Translations under genes and position numbers: made by a program | Assembly (NCBI GenBank): GCA_947626095.1 | Contig: CANQQV010000022.1 | Coordinates: forward strand, 1 to 19,616 | Direction: 5' to 3' | DNA length: 19,616 nucleotides | From: an uncultured Bacilli bacterium | GTDB taxonomy: Bacteria; Bacillota_I; Bacilli_A; RF39; UBA660 | Shown: one piece after another, positions 6,786 to 15,001 of the stretch | Layout: the number at the start of each line of letters is the position of its first letter | Numbering within the stretch: the first letter of the stretch is position 1 | The notes under the pieces: generated by a model | Databases searched by the model: none | Told to the model about the DNA's origin: nothing | Seen by the model: the letters and a program-made list of their open reading frames with translations, nothing else

Positions 6786-8792
6786 TTACTTATCAAGTTC
6801 TTTAATATATTTACAAATTATTTCGGCTGTTTTATCAACACCTAATTTATCAACATTTAAAGCTAAATCATAGTTATCATAAGAATTCCAATTTCGATTA
6901 GTAAAATAATTATAATGTTTAGCGCGTTGTTTATTTATTTTGTTAATTTCTTTTTCTGCTGTTTCTTTAGATAAACCATAATATTTTACTACTCTATTTA
7001 TTTTAGATGGCATATCAGAATATAAGAATATACTTATGACATTTTTATTATTTCTTAATATATAATCAGCACATCTACCTACAATAACACATGATTCTTT
7101 TTTAGCAAGAGCTGTAATTACTTTAGCTTCATTAGTAAATAAATTATCATCATTAGTATAAAACATACTTGATTTAATATTTTGTTCTTCATTATCTTGA
7201 ATATATTTTTTAGTATAGCCATATTTTTCAGCTGTTAAGTTAATTATTTCTTTATCATAAAAATTAATACCTAAAGATGAAGCAACTAACTGACCAACAA
7301 AATGACCACCAGAACCATATTCACGAGAGATAGTTAAAACAACTTTGTTCTTTAAGATAGTTGGATCAATAGCTATCTTTTCATCTTGAAGATTTAGTTC
7401 TTCTTTAGAACTTTCTAATTTTTTAAATTCATTTAAAAGAAGTAGTATTCCTAAAATAAAAGCTAAAATATCGGCAATGATAGCACTCCATAACATCGTT
7501 ACAATACTATGACTTAAAGTCGCAATAATTATAATAGCTGGAACAAAGAAGATAACATCTCTAGCTAAAGCTAAAATAGTTGATTTAACACTAGAACCCA
7601 TTGATTGTAATAAAATAGAAATTGATTTAATTAAACAAGTAAAGATAATTCCACCTAAGAAGATTCTTAAACAATATTTAGCATATTCTAAGTATTCAAT
7701 TCCATTACCTTTACCAAAAATATTAATGATAAAAGTTGGAAAAAATTCAAAGATAACAAATGCTAAACAACCAATAATTAAATTAATTACTAAGATATAT
7801 TTAATTGTTTCTTTAACCCTTTTAGTCTTATCAGCACCCATATTATAACCAATAATTGGCATACCACCTAAAGAAACACCAATCACGATGGAAACAACAA
7901 TACCGAAGACTTTCATACAGATACCAATAACAGCTAATGGTGTAACAACCCCATATGTTAAACCAGTCGATGCCATTGTCATATAACCATATTTACCTAC
8001 AACATTGTTAGCAACTGCGATAATAATAACAATTGCTAATTGAGTTATTAAAGAAGCTAAACCTAAAGAAAGAGTTTTAGTCCAAATGCCTTTATCTAGT
8101 TTTAACGATTCTTTATTAATTTTAAATGATTTCGCTTTGGCTAAATAAACTATACTAACAATAAAAGTTAATACTTGACCTATTACAGTAGCTATAGCAG
8201 CACCTTTAACACTTAGCTTAAAAACAAAGATAAAGATAGGATCTAAAATAATATTAGAAATCGCCCCAATCAAAGTAGCAAACATCGCAAAATTAGGACT
8301 ACCATCATTTCTAATTGATGCATTAAGACCTTGACCAATAATATAAAATGGTAAACCACAACAAATTATTTTTAAATAATCTTTAGCATATTGGTAACAC
8401 TCTACTTCATTGGGATTAGCCCCAAATATTCTTAAAATTTGTTTACTAAAAATAAAACCAATAATAGTTAAAATAATAGCTATAAATACTAAAAGAATTA
8501 AACCATTACCTATTGATTTATTTGCTTTTTCTTTATCTTTAGCCCCTAACGATAAACTAAATAAAGCCGCCATCCCATCACCTACTAATAAAGCAAAAGC
8601 TAAAGAGATGACTGTAAAAGGATAAACGATATTGGTAGCAGCATTACCAAATGCCCCAGCACTACTCCAACCAATAAATATTTGATCAACAATATTGTAT
8701 AAAGCAGCTACTATCATACTAATAACACAGGGAATGGCAAACTTTTTTATTAACTTAGGAATGCTATCTTTTCCTAAATCTAATTCTTTCAT
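6786..8792 (-). CDS. MATE-family efflux transporter (MepA-like) fused to a cytidylate-kinase-like domain
   Basis: KFAIPCVISMIVAALYNIVDQIFIG and NIILDPIFIF are MATE motifs; C-terminal TISREYGSGG...FYDKEI...IVGRCADYIL is cytidylate-kinase-like; start ATG 8792 with AAGGAGG. Confidence 0.9.
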   Translation of the reverse strand: MKELDLGKDSIPKLIKKFAIPCVISMIVAALYNIVDQIFIGWSSAGAFGNAATNIVYPFTVISLAFALLVGDGMAALFSLSLGAKDKEKANKSIGNGLILLVFIAIILTIIGFIFSKQILRIFGANPNEVECYQYAKDYLKIICCGLPFYIIGQGLNASIRNDGSPNFAMFATLIGAISNIILDPIFIFVFKLSVKGAAIATVIGQVLTFIVSIVYLAKAKSFKINKESLKLDKGIWTKTLSLGLASLITQLAIVIIIAVANNVVGKYGYMTMASTGLTYGVVTPLAVIGICMKVFGIVVSIVIGVSLGGMPIIGYNMGADKTKRVKETIKYILVINLIIGCLAFVIFEFFPTFIINIFGKGNGIEYLEYAKYCLRIFLGGIIFTCLIKSISILLQSMGSSVKSTILALARDVIFFVPAIIIIATLSHSIVTMLWSAIIADILAFILGILLLLNEFKKLESSKEELNLQDEKIAIDPTILKNKVVLTISREYGSGGHFVGQLVASSLGINFYDKEIINLTAEKYGYTKKYIQDNEEQNIKSSMFYTNDDNLFTNEAKVITALAKKESCVIVGRCADYILRNNKNVISIFLYSDMPSKINRVVKYYGLSKETAEKEINKINKQRAKHYNYFTNRNWNSYDNYDLALNVDKLGVDKTAEIICKYIKELDK

Positions 8793-8818
8793 AAAATTCC
8801 TCCTTATATTTTCGAGCA

Positions 8819-8924
8819 TAAAAAATACGTAAGCCATTGTACAATTGGACTTACGCATTTGAGCTACTCATTGAATATAAATGAACTTAATAAATTTTTT
8901 CTCGACCTGAAAAATCATATCACA
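8819..8924 (-). promoter_or_regulatory. Promoter plus 5' leader containing an intrinsic terminator (candidate attenuator of the MATE gene)
   Basis: TGTGATATGAT at 8914-8924; hairpin ATGCGTAAGTC...GGCTTACGTAT (8825-8858) plus a T-run, placed before the RBS. Confidence 0.55.
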
Positions 8925-8958
8925 TTTTTAAATTTTATGTAAGTTTTTCTTAAATTAT

Positions 8959-9333
8959 TTATTTTTTTTTGACGTTATTTTTTTTCTTTTTAGGAAATGC
9001 TAATCTCATAAAAGGGATAATGGCGATAGTAAAGATAGCAACGACAATAAATAGTGAATATGTTTTATTAACAATCGCATAGTAAACAGTATATACTAAA
9101 AAACCAATCGCATAGATAAAGAAAGTAATACGAAATAGATATTTAAAGATATTAGATAACTTTTCTTTATTTAAAAGATAAAATAGTCTTTCAAAAAAGA
9201 TAGCAAAAGAACATATTAGAAAAGGACTAATAATTATTCTAGCAAATAATTTATTTTGAAAGAAAGCCCATAATAAAAAGATAAAAGCAAAGACAGCAGT
9301 TATCATTTGACGAATATAATAAATATTTTTCAT
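8959..9333 (-). CDS. Hypothetical 4-TM membrane protein
   Basis: 124 aa, hydrophobic; GGGAGG RBS; own -10 box. Confidence 0.8.
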   Translation of the reverse strand: MKNIYYIRQMITAVFAFIFLLWAFFQNKLFARIIISPFLICSFAIFFERLFYLLNKEKLSNIFKYLFRITFFIYAIGFLVYTVYYAIVNKTYSLFIVVAIFTIAIIPFMRLAFPKKKKNNVKKK

Positions 9334-9357
9334 AACGTCCTCCCTAAATTACTCAAT

Positions 9358-9395
9358 ATTATAACATAAAAAAAGTAAAGCTAATACACTTTACT
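9358..9395 (-). promoter_or_regulatory. Terminator hairpin fused to extended -10 promoter (junction motif copy)
   Basis: Minus strand AGTAAAG-8nt-CTTTACT TTTTT TATGTTATAAT; the left arm overlaps the stop codon of 9391..10104. Confidence 0.65.
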
Positions 9396-10104
9396 CTTTA
9401 CAATAATTCATTAATTCAGTATCAGTTTTCTTACTATTCTTTTCTACTACCCAATATTCATTATCTTGATCAAAATTACAACGATAGACATCATAGAATA
9501 AAGTATCATAATAAAGTACATTACCAATATATTTAGTATTTGTTCTAAACATCGGCGCTTCTTCGTTATATTTAACGTTTATATAATCTGTAACTAGTAA
9601 GATACTCATTGATAAAGTAAAGATAAGAATCATAAGTAATAATCTTATATGCCATTTTATAAAATTTAAAATTCTTGTAATACCTATCATAAAGATAATA
9701 ATACCAAAGACTGAATAAATAGAACCCCAACTACTCTCACTTGGAAATATCGTAATAGCTGAAATAGCAATAAATAAACCAAAGATAATGATAATTATTG
9801 AAATAACTTGATTATATTTAGTTATTCTTTTTGTTGAATAATCAATAGTATTAACAATGTTTTCTTCAAACTTATCTTGGTATTCATCTTTATTTAATTT
9901 TTCACCACTTAATAATTCATTAATCGTAATATCTAATTTAGCACATAGTGGTTTAAATAAAGATAAGTCTGGCATGTTTTTGCCATTCTCCCAATTACTT
10001 ACTGAACGATCAGTTACACCTAGACTTTCAGCTAATTCACTTTGAGTTAATTTTTTCTTCTTACGACATTCCGCAATGAATTTACCTATTTTTTCTTGAT
10101 TCAT
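9391..10104 (-). CDS. XRE-family HTH regulator with C-terminal membrane/extracellular domain
   Basis: MNQEKIGKFIAECRKKKKLTQSELAESLGVTDRSVSNWENGKNMPD; 3 TM helices; AAAGGAG RBS. Confidence 0.9.
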   Translation of the reverse strand: MNQEKIGKFIAECRKKKKLTQSELAESLGVTDRSVSNWENGKNMPDLSLFKPLCAKLDITINELLSGEKLNKDEYQDKFEENIVNTIDYSTKRITKYNQVISIIIIIFGLFIAISAITIFPSESSWGSIYSVFGIIIFMIGITRILNFIKWHIRLLLMILIFTLSMSILLVTDYINVKYNEEAPMFRTNTKYIGNVLYYDTLFYDVYRCNFDQDNEYWVVEKNSKKTDTELMNYCKE

Positions 10105-10189
10105 ATTTTTTCTCCTTTCACATTAAATATAAAATGTAAAAGTCTTTTTGAACACGAAGTAAAACTTGAGTTTCATATTAATTGTAACA

Positions 10190-11038
10190 CTATTTTAATT
10201 TTTTATTAGCTCTAACTATCATATATATCGACATAATTGTATTTATTAAGCAAACTACAAATCCCATAATACTAGTCATTATCATTTTAAATTCACTATC
10301 ATTTGTTCCAAACTCACTAACCATAGCGACTTCTAAAGAAATCATTGAAATCATTGCCACAGTTAAGTTAATACATTTACTGGATGCTAAAAGCGGACTA
10401 TGATCTTTACGATATTTAATAACATTTATAATTGCACTTATGATTAAATAAAAATCATACATAGCTACAATATAAATAATAAAGCCAGCATAAGTTATTC
10501 TTTGATCTTGTTTAATAATTAAAATAATCATACCAGTTAAAACTAAATTAAGAAATAAAAGAATAATACCTGTTAATCTTAACTTTTTATATTCTTCTTT
10601 TAATTTAATTCCAACTTCATTTTTAATATCTTTAACTATCGATAACTTCATTACGCATAATATTAAATAATAAATGGCAAAAGTGATAAACCACCAAGAC
10701 ATATAATATATACCAGTTCCTAATTTAAAAATACCATAAATAAAATTTATAATTAAGGAAATAGCGAGAAATATTTTAGTTACTTTTAATTCGTACCTTT
10801 TATATAAATGATATATTTTAGATTCTTTTACGATATTGTTACTAAATTTGCATACTTTACAAAACCAAATAATGAAAATAATTAAAGCATAGGTAGATAA
10901 AAGATAACTTATATAAGCAATAGGTGTATCTTCTAAATGACAACTAAAGACATAGATAAGTAAAATGAAAGCTAAATTAAAAAGAATAAATCCAATTATC
11001 TTATTTGGGAGAAATATATTCTTTAATATTTTTTTCAT
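10190..11038 (-). CDS. Hypothetical multi-pass membrane protein
   Basis: 282 aa with about 8 hydrophobic segments; GAGGTG RBS; -10 box at 11060-11068. Confidence 0.8.
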   Translation of the reverse strand: MKKILKNIFLPNKIIGFILFNLAFILLIYVFSCHLEDTPIAYISYLLSTYALIIFIIWFCKVCKFSNNIVKESKIYHLYKRYELKVTKIFLAISLIINFIYGIFKLGTGIYYMSWWFITFAIYYLILCVMKLSIVKDIKNEVGIKLKEEYKKLRLTGIILLFLNLVLTGMIILIIKQDQRITYAGFIIYIVAMYDFYLIISAIINVIKYRKDHSPLLASSKCINLTVAMISMISLEVAMVSEFGTNDSEFKMIMTSIMGFVVCLINTIMSIYMIVRANKKLK

Positions 11039-11059
11039 AGTACACCTCTAACTTATATA

Positions 11060-11097
11060 ATTATATCATTAAAAGAAAAAAGGAAGAATATTCTTCC
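11060..11097 (-). promoter_or_regulatory. Terminator palindrome followed by extended -10
   Basis: GGAAGAATATTCTTCC then a T-run then AATGATATAAT on the minus strand. Confidence 0.6.
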
Positions 11098-11107
11098 AAG
11101 TAAATAA

Positions 11108-11503
11108 CTAATCTTTGTTACTTTTTATATATGAATATATTGGGTAGTTGAATACACAAATTAGTAAACCAACAATCCCTGTTACAATACCAATTAGTAA
11201 ATCAGTTTTAGATGGATCTCCAACCATAACTTTACTCATACCAAAGCCCATTACTAAAGCCCCAACTATACCAATAACCCAAGTAATAACTATTCCCCAA
11301 TTTATTGGAGCATGTTCTTTTTTAGGATGGCTTTTACGATACACAGGAATAATGCAAAGTAGAATAATAAAACCTAAAATTGCTACAACAACACCTACTT
11401 TAAATAAGTCCCATTCAGGTATTAAACACATACACATACCTATGGCAAATACTAAACCACCAATAGTTCCTAAAATAATTTCTAATAAAGTTTCTTTTTT
11501 CAT
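11108..11503 (-). CDS. Hypothetical 4-TM membrane protein
   Basis: 131 aa with two internally similar halves (GLVFAIGMC / ALVMGFGMS); GGAGG RBS. Confidence 0.85.
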   Translation of the reverse strand: MKKETLLEIILGTIGGLVFAIGMCMCLIPEWDLFKVGVVVAILGFIILLCIIPVYRKSHPKKEHAPINWGIVITWVIGIVGALVMGFGMSKVMVGDPSKTDLLIGIVTGIVGLLICVFNYPIYSYIKSNKD

Positions 11504-11523
11504 AATCTTTCCTCCATATGACT

Positions 11524-11790
11524 TTATTTACTTAATTTTTCTTTAATTTCAGCTTGTATTTCTTCAGTTGTTTTAGAATATTTATGTTGCTCTTGTTGTC
11601 TTTTTTCTTGTTCTTTTTTTAATCTTGCTTTAGCTTCTTCTACTGTTTCACTATCTTGTTTTAAGAAAGTATCGACAAATTTATCTTCAACCTTCTTATA
11701 TCCACCTACAACTGTGTTTTCAACTTTCTTGTAACCACCAACAACAGCATTTTCAATTTTCTTATTAGCATCTACTATTTTTGACATCAT
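11524..11790 (-). CDS. Small hypothetical protein with 11-aa tandem repeats (VVGGYKKVEN)
   Basis: Start moved to ATG 11790 or 11787 (GGAAGAGAG RBS); sequence KIENAVVGGYKKVENTVVGGYKKVED; divergent from TetR. Confidence 0.8.
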   Translation of the reverse strand: MMSKIVDANKKIENAVVGGYKKVENTVVGGYKKVEDKFVDTFLKQDSETVEEAKARLKKEQEKRQQEQHKYSKTTEEIQAEIKEKLSK

Positions 11791-11810
11791 TATCACTCTC
11801 TTCCAATAAT

Positions 11811-11891
11811 TAGACACTTGTCTTTTTATTACATTTTTAATATAATCTAAATATCGAAGGAATACAATCAACAATTTATAGACATTTGTCC
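11811..11891. promoter_or_regulatory. Pair of candidate TetR operators in the divergent promoter region
   Basis: TAGACACTTGTCT (11811-11823) and TAGACATTTGTCC (11879-11891), each an inverted repeat GACA-nn-TGTC near one start codon. Confidence 0.7.
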
Positions 11892-11910
11892 AATTAAAGG
11901 AAGTGAAGAT

Positions 11911-12447
11911 ATGAATACTCCAAATAACAAAAGAAGAAAAGAAACTAAAGATAAAATAAATAAAGTATTTATAACTTTATTACAAACAAAAGAAATATCT
12001 GAAATATCTGTTACTGATATATGTAAACTTGCTAAAATAAATCGTTCTACTTTTTATATTAATTATCTTGATATTTATGATTTAGCAGACAAAATCGGAC
12101 AAGATTTAGAGCAAGATGTTTTTTCTTTATATCAAGAAGAAAGAGATACTAATCATAATTCCAACAACTTTTTAAAACTATTTAAACATATAAAAGATAA
12201 CCAACTATTTTATAAAACTTATTTTAAATTAAAGATGGATCAAAACTTTATCACTCAAGAATACGATTATCATTTATCAAAAGAATTATATGATGATAAA
12301 TACATAGATTATCACATGGAATTTTTTAAAGCTGGTCTTAATGCCATTATCAAAAAATGGCTTGAAAATGGTTGCAAAGAATCTCCAGAAGAAATAGAAA
12401 GTATCTTAAAAAGCGAATATGCAAATAAAAATAATACCAAGAACTAA
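11911..12447 (+). CDS. TetR/AcrR-family transcriptional regulator
   Basis: ISVTDICKLAKINRSTFYINYLDIYDL HTH; C-terminal IKKWLENGCKESPEEI. Confidence 0.92.
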   Translation: MNTPNNKRRKETKDKINKVFITLLQTKEISEISVTDICKLAKINRSTFYINYLDIYDLADKIGQDLEQDVFSLYQEERDTNHNSNNFLKLFKHIKDNQLFYKTYFKLKMDQNFITQEYDYHLSKELYDDKYIDYHMEFFKAGLNAIIKKWLENGCKESPEEIESILKSEYANKNNTKN

Positions 12448-12463
12448 ACTTGATATTATTTTT
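12427..12463. terminator. Bidirectional terminator between convergent TetR and XRE genes
   Basis: AAAAATAATAcCAAG-loop-CTTGaTATTATTTTT. Confidence 0.6.
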
Positions 12464-12465
12464 TG

Positions 12466-12972
12466 TTACATTAATATAAAAGCAATAGTATTAAAAATAA
12501 CAGCAATAAAAAATAATACTCCAGTAATTAAATCTGTTTTATCTTTGCCTATTTTATAACGACTTAAAAAAGTAACACAGTTATAAGCACATAGTAAACT
12601 AACAATAGAAGACATATGTTTATCTTTAAAAAAGGAAATTAACATTAAAATAACGGAAAATAAAGACATACCGATAATACCATATTTCATCGATTTTAAA
12701 TTTACTAATTCTGTCAATTTAATGATATTCTCTTCACTCTTTTTTTCAATATCTTTTTCTTCAATCTTTTCACCAGCTAGTATTTCATTTATACTTACAA
12801 CTAATATTTCACTAAGAGGTTTTAATAAGGACATATCCATTAAACATAAACCTCTTTCCCATTTACTGACTGCATTTTTCGTAATACCTAACTTTTCAGC
12901 TAATTCCTCTTGTGTTAAATTTTTTTCTTTTCTAGCATTAGCAATGAATTTGCCAATTTTTTCTTGATTCAT
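12466..12972 (-). CDS. XRE-family HTH regulator with C-terminal 3-TM domain
   Basis: MNQEKIGKFIANARKEKNLTQEELAEKLGITKNAVSKWERG; start ATG 12972 with AAAGGAG. Confidence 0.9.
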   Translation of the reverse strand: MNQEKIGKFIANARKEKNLTQEELAEKLGITKNAVSKWERGLCLMDMSLLKPLSEILVVSINEILAGEKIEEKDIEKKSEENIIKLTELVNLKSMKYGIIGMSLFSVILMLISFFKDKHMSSIVSLLCAYNCVTFLSRYKIGKDKTDLITGVLFFIAVIFNTIAFILM

Positions 12973-13028
12973 ATATTTTTCTCCTTTCAAGAAGAAATAT
13001 AATATTTTTTAATTACTTTTTAAACATA

Positions 13029-13532
13029 CTAGAGGTTTACTTTATCTACATTTATTATATTTACTTGATTACCATGATCTTTAATAATATTAATTAGATC
13101 TCGAGCTTTTAACCAAATAGTTGCAGTATTATCATTTGGATGAACACCGATTATCCCATTATCTTCTAAGAACGTTTCATCCAAATAGAAAATTACTTTT
13201 AAATCTTTATCATTTAATAAACCTAATGGTGTTACAGAACCTGGTTTTAAATTTAATATATTCATTAAATCATTTTCACTGGCAAAACTTAAACGACGAG
13301 TATGAAATTCATCACTAAAAGATTTTAAGTCTAACTTTTTATCTCCTTTAAGTGTAATTAAATAATAATTTCTTTTTTTATCATCTCTAACGAAAAGATT
13401 TTTACCATCAGCTTCTTTATATGGTAAATCAACATCATTTAATTCTTGCATATTATAAACTGCTTTATGTTCTGTAATTTCATACCATATATTTTTACTT
13501 TTTATAAAGTCATATATTTCTTCTTTATTCAT
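13029..13532 (-). CDS. YbaK/ProX (PrdX-like) aminoacyl-tRNA editing protein
   Basis: KNLFVRDDKK, LSFAS, PGSVTPLGLLND and VHPNDNTAT motifs. Confidence 0.9.
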   Translation of the reverse strand: MNKEEIYDFIKSKNIWYEITEHKAVYNMQELNDVDLPYKEADGKNLFVRDDKKRNYYLITLKGDKKLDLKSFSDEFHTRRLSFASENDLMNILNLKPGSVTPLGLLNDKDLKVIFYLDETFLEDNGIIGVHPNDNTATIWLKARDLINIIKDHGNQVNIINVDKVNL

Positions 13533-13569
13533 AGTACATGCCTTCTAATTATAATTTTTCTTACTAATT

Positions 13570-13610
13570 ATTATACCATGAAAAAAGCAAACTTTTTTAT
13601 ATAGTCTGCT
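13570..13610 (-). promoter_or_regulatory. Terminator hairpin fused to extended -10 promoter (junction motif copy)
   Basis: Minus strand AGCAGACT-9nt-AGTTTGCT TTTTT CATGGTATAAT; the left arm lies inside the 3' end of 13597..13914. Confidence 0.7.
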
Positions 13611-13914
13611 CCTCTATCGGTTCGTGATATATTATTTCTTTATTATTCTTTTTAGCATATTCTATTTCCTTTTTAGTACTACTACCAATATAGCCATCAA
13701 TATTAACAACATATATGGCATCACTAATATCAATCTTCTTACGATGAATTCTATCTAAAGTACTAGCATCAAGCCCTTCATATTTTTTACCATCAACATT
13801 ATAAACACATTGAATAACCGCATAACCTTTTTCTAATTCTAATTCTTCAGCTATTTTCATCATTTCTTTAGCATATCTCATACTACCACAAATAGTTATT
13901 ACTTTAATATCCAT
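13597..13914 (-). CDS. Nucleoside 2-deoxyribosyltransferase-like fold small protein
   Basis: ITICGSMRY...HRKKIDISDAIYVVNIDGYIGSSTKKEIEYA. Confidence 0.7.
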   Translation of the reverse strand: MDIKVITICGSMRYAKEMMKIAEELELEKGYAVIQCVYNVDGKKYEGLDASTLDRIHRKKIDISDAIYVVNIDGYIGSSTKKEIEYAKKNNKEIIYHEPIEEQTI

Positions 13915-13916
13915 AA

Positions 13917-14174
13917 TTATTTATCCTTCTTTTTCTCTTTATCATCTTCAATACTAACACTATATAAAGAGATTCCTTTTTTCGTAAATAGATTGATTCC
14001 ATAAAAAGCCGTTTGTATAAAAGCAATTAGTGTCCATAATAAGAAAAATATAAAAATCATATTATTTCTAAAACCTATCAGTAACCCAATTCCTATAACA
14101 CTAAATACTAAGCTACCTATAAATCCTATTGTTGATTGAAACTTAGATGGTCTTACTCTCATTCTTCTTCCCAT
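13917..14174 (-). CDS. Small 2-TM hypothetical membrane protein
   Basis: Start moved to ATG 14174 (AGAGGAG RBS); two hydrophobic helices. Confidence 0.75.
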   Translation of the reverse strand: MGRRMRVRPSKFQSTIGFIGSLVFSVIGIGLLIGFRNNMIFIFFLLWTLIAFIQTAFYGINLFTKKGISLYSVSIEDDKEKKKDK

Positions 14175-14193
14175 ATTTTTTTCTCCTCTATAC

Positions 14194-14736
14194 TTATTTA
14201 ATCCATTCATCTTTCAATAAACCTGTAATATATTCATCTTCTAGTTTACCAGTCGCTTTAGATAAGAATCTTTGTCTTCTAATACCTTCATCTTTATAAC
14301 CAAATCTTAATTGCATCTTATGCGATTTTTCATTATCTTTAAAATAACCATTTTCTAATCTTCTAAGACCTAATACTTCAAAAGCATATTTAATTCTAGC
14401 TCCAAAAGCTTCTGTTCCATAACCTAAACCTTGATACTTTTCATTCAGCCATATTCCCCCACCAGCAGTACCATTATTCATATCAATATTTGTTAACTGA
14501 GTACCACCAATAACTTTATTTTCCCTTTTTAAAACAATTGCCATATTATATAAATTATTATCTATCGTATTTCGAATAAAATTAATGGCATCTTGTTCAG
14601 TATACGGAAATGGTGCTCCTGCTAACCATTTAGTAACATTAATGTTATTTAAACCTTCAACCATATCTAAAACATCATTCATTTGCCATTGTCTTAATAT
14701 TAATCTTTCTGTTTCAATTATTACATCTTTATTCAT
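14194..14736 (-). CDS. GNAT N-acetyltransferase, RimJ/RimL family
   Basis: IETERLILRQW, YQGLGYGTEA and NEKSHKMQLRFGYKDEG. Confidence 0.9.
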   Translation of the reverse strand: MNKDVIIETERLILRQWQMNDVLDMVEGLNNINVTKWLAGAPFPYTEQDAINFIRNTIDNNLYNMAIVLKRENKVIGGTQLTNIDMNNGTAGGGIWLNEKYQGLGYGTEAFGARIKYAFEVLGLRRLENGYFKDNEKSHKMQLRFGYKDEGIRRQRFLSKATGKLEDEYITGLLKDEWIK

Positions 14737-14739
14737 CTT

Positions 14740-14937
14740 TTATTTTCTTTTACCCTTCTTCTTACCACTCTTTTTCTTAGATGGACATAAACAAGAAAAT
14801 ATAATACAAAATAAACATGGTACTACCGCATAACCAGCATTTACTTGTCCTTTATTAATAAGAACATAACCAGCTCCTATAAAAGTCAAAATTGCAAAAA
14901 CTAAAGTTAAAAATTTAAATAATCTCTCTTTACTCAT
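14740..14937 (-). CDS. Small 2-TM hypothetical membrane protein
   Basis: MSKERLFK...GAGYVLINKGQVNAGYAVVP; start moved to ATG 14937 (GGTGAG RBS, downstream of the -10 at 14963). Confidence 0.75.
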   Translation of the reverse strand: MSKERLFKFLTLVFAILTFIGAGYVLINKGQVNAGYAVVPCLFCIIFSCLCPSKKKSGKKKGKRK

Positions 14938-14962
14938 TTTACTCACCATTTCTTTCAAGAAT

Positions 14963-15000
14963 ATTATACCACGAAAAAAGCAATCTTTATATGATTGCTT
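14963..15000 (-). promoter_or_regulatory. Terminator hairpin fused to extended -10 promoter (junction motif copy)
   Basis: Minus strand AAGCAATC-7nt-GATTGCTT TTTT CGTGGTATAAT. Confidence 0.7.
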
Positions 15001-15001
15001 A

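Noticed and set aside
8900-8908. TCGACCT half-site near the MATE promoter resembling the ORF6N palindrome arm
   Set aside because: Only 7 bp with no partner arm; expected by chance.
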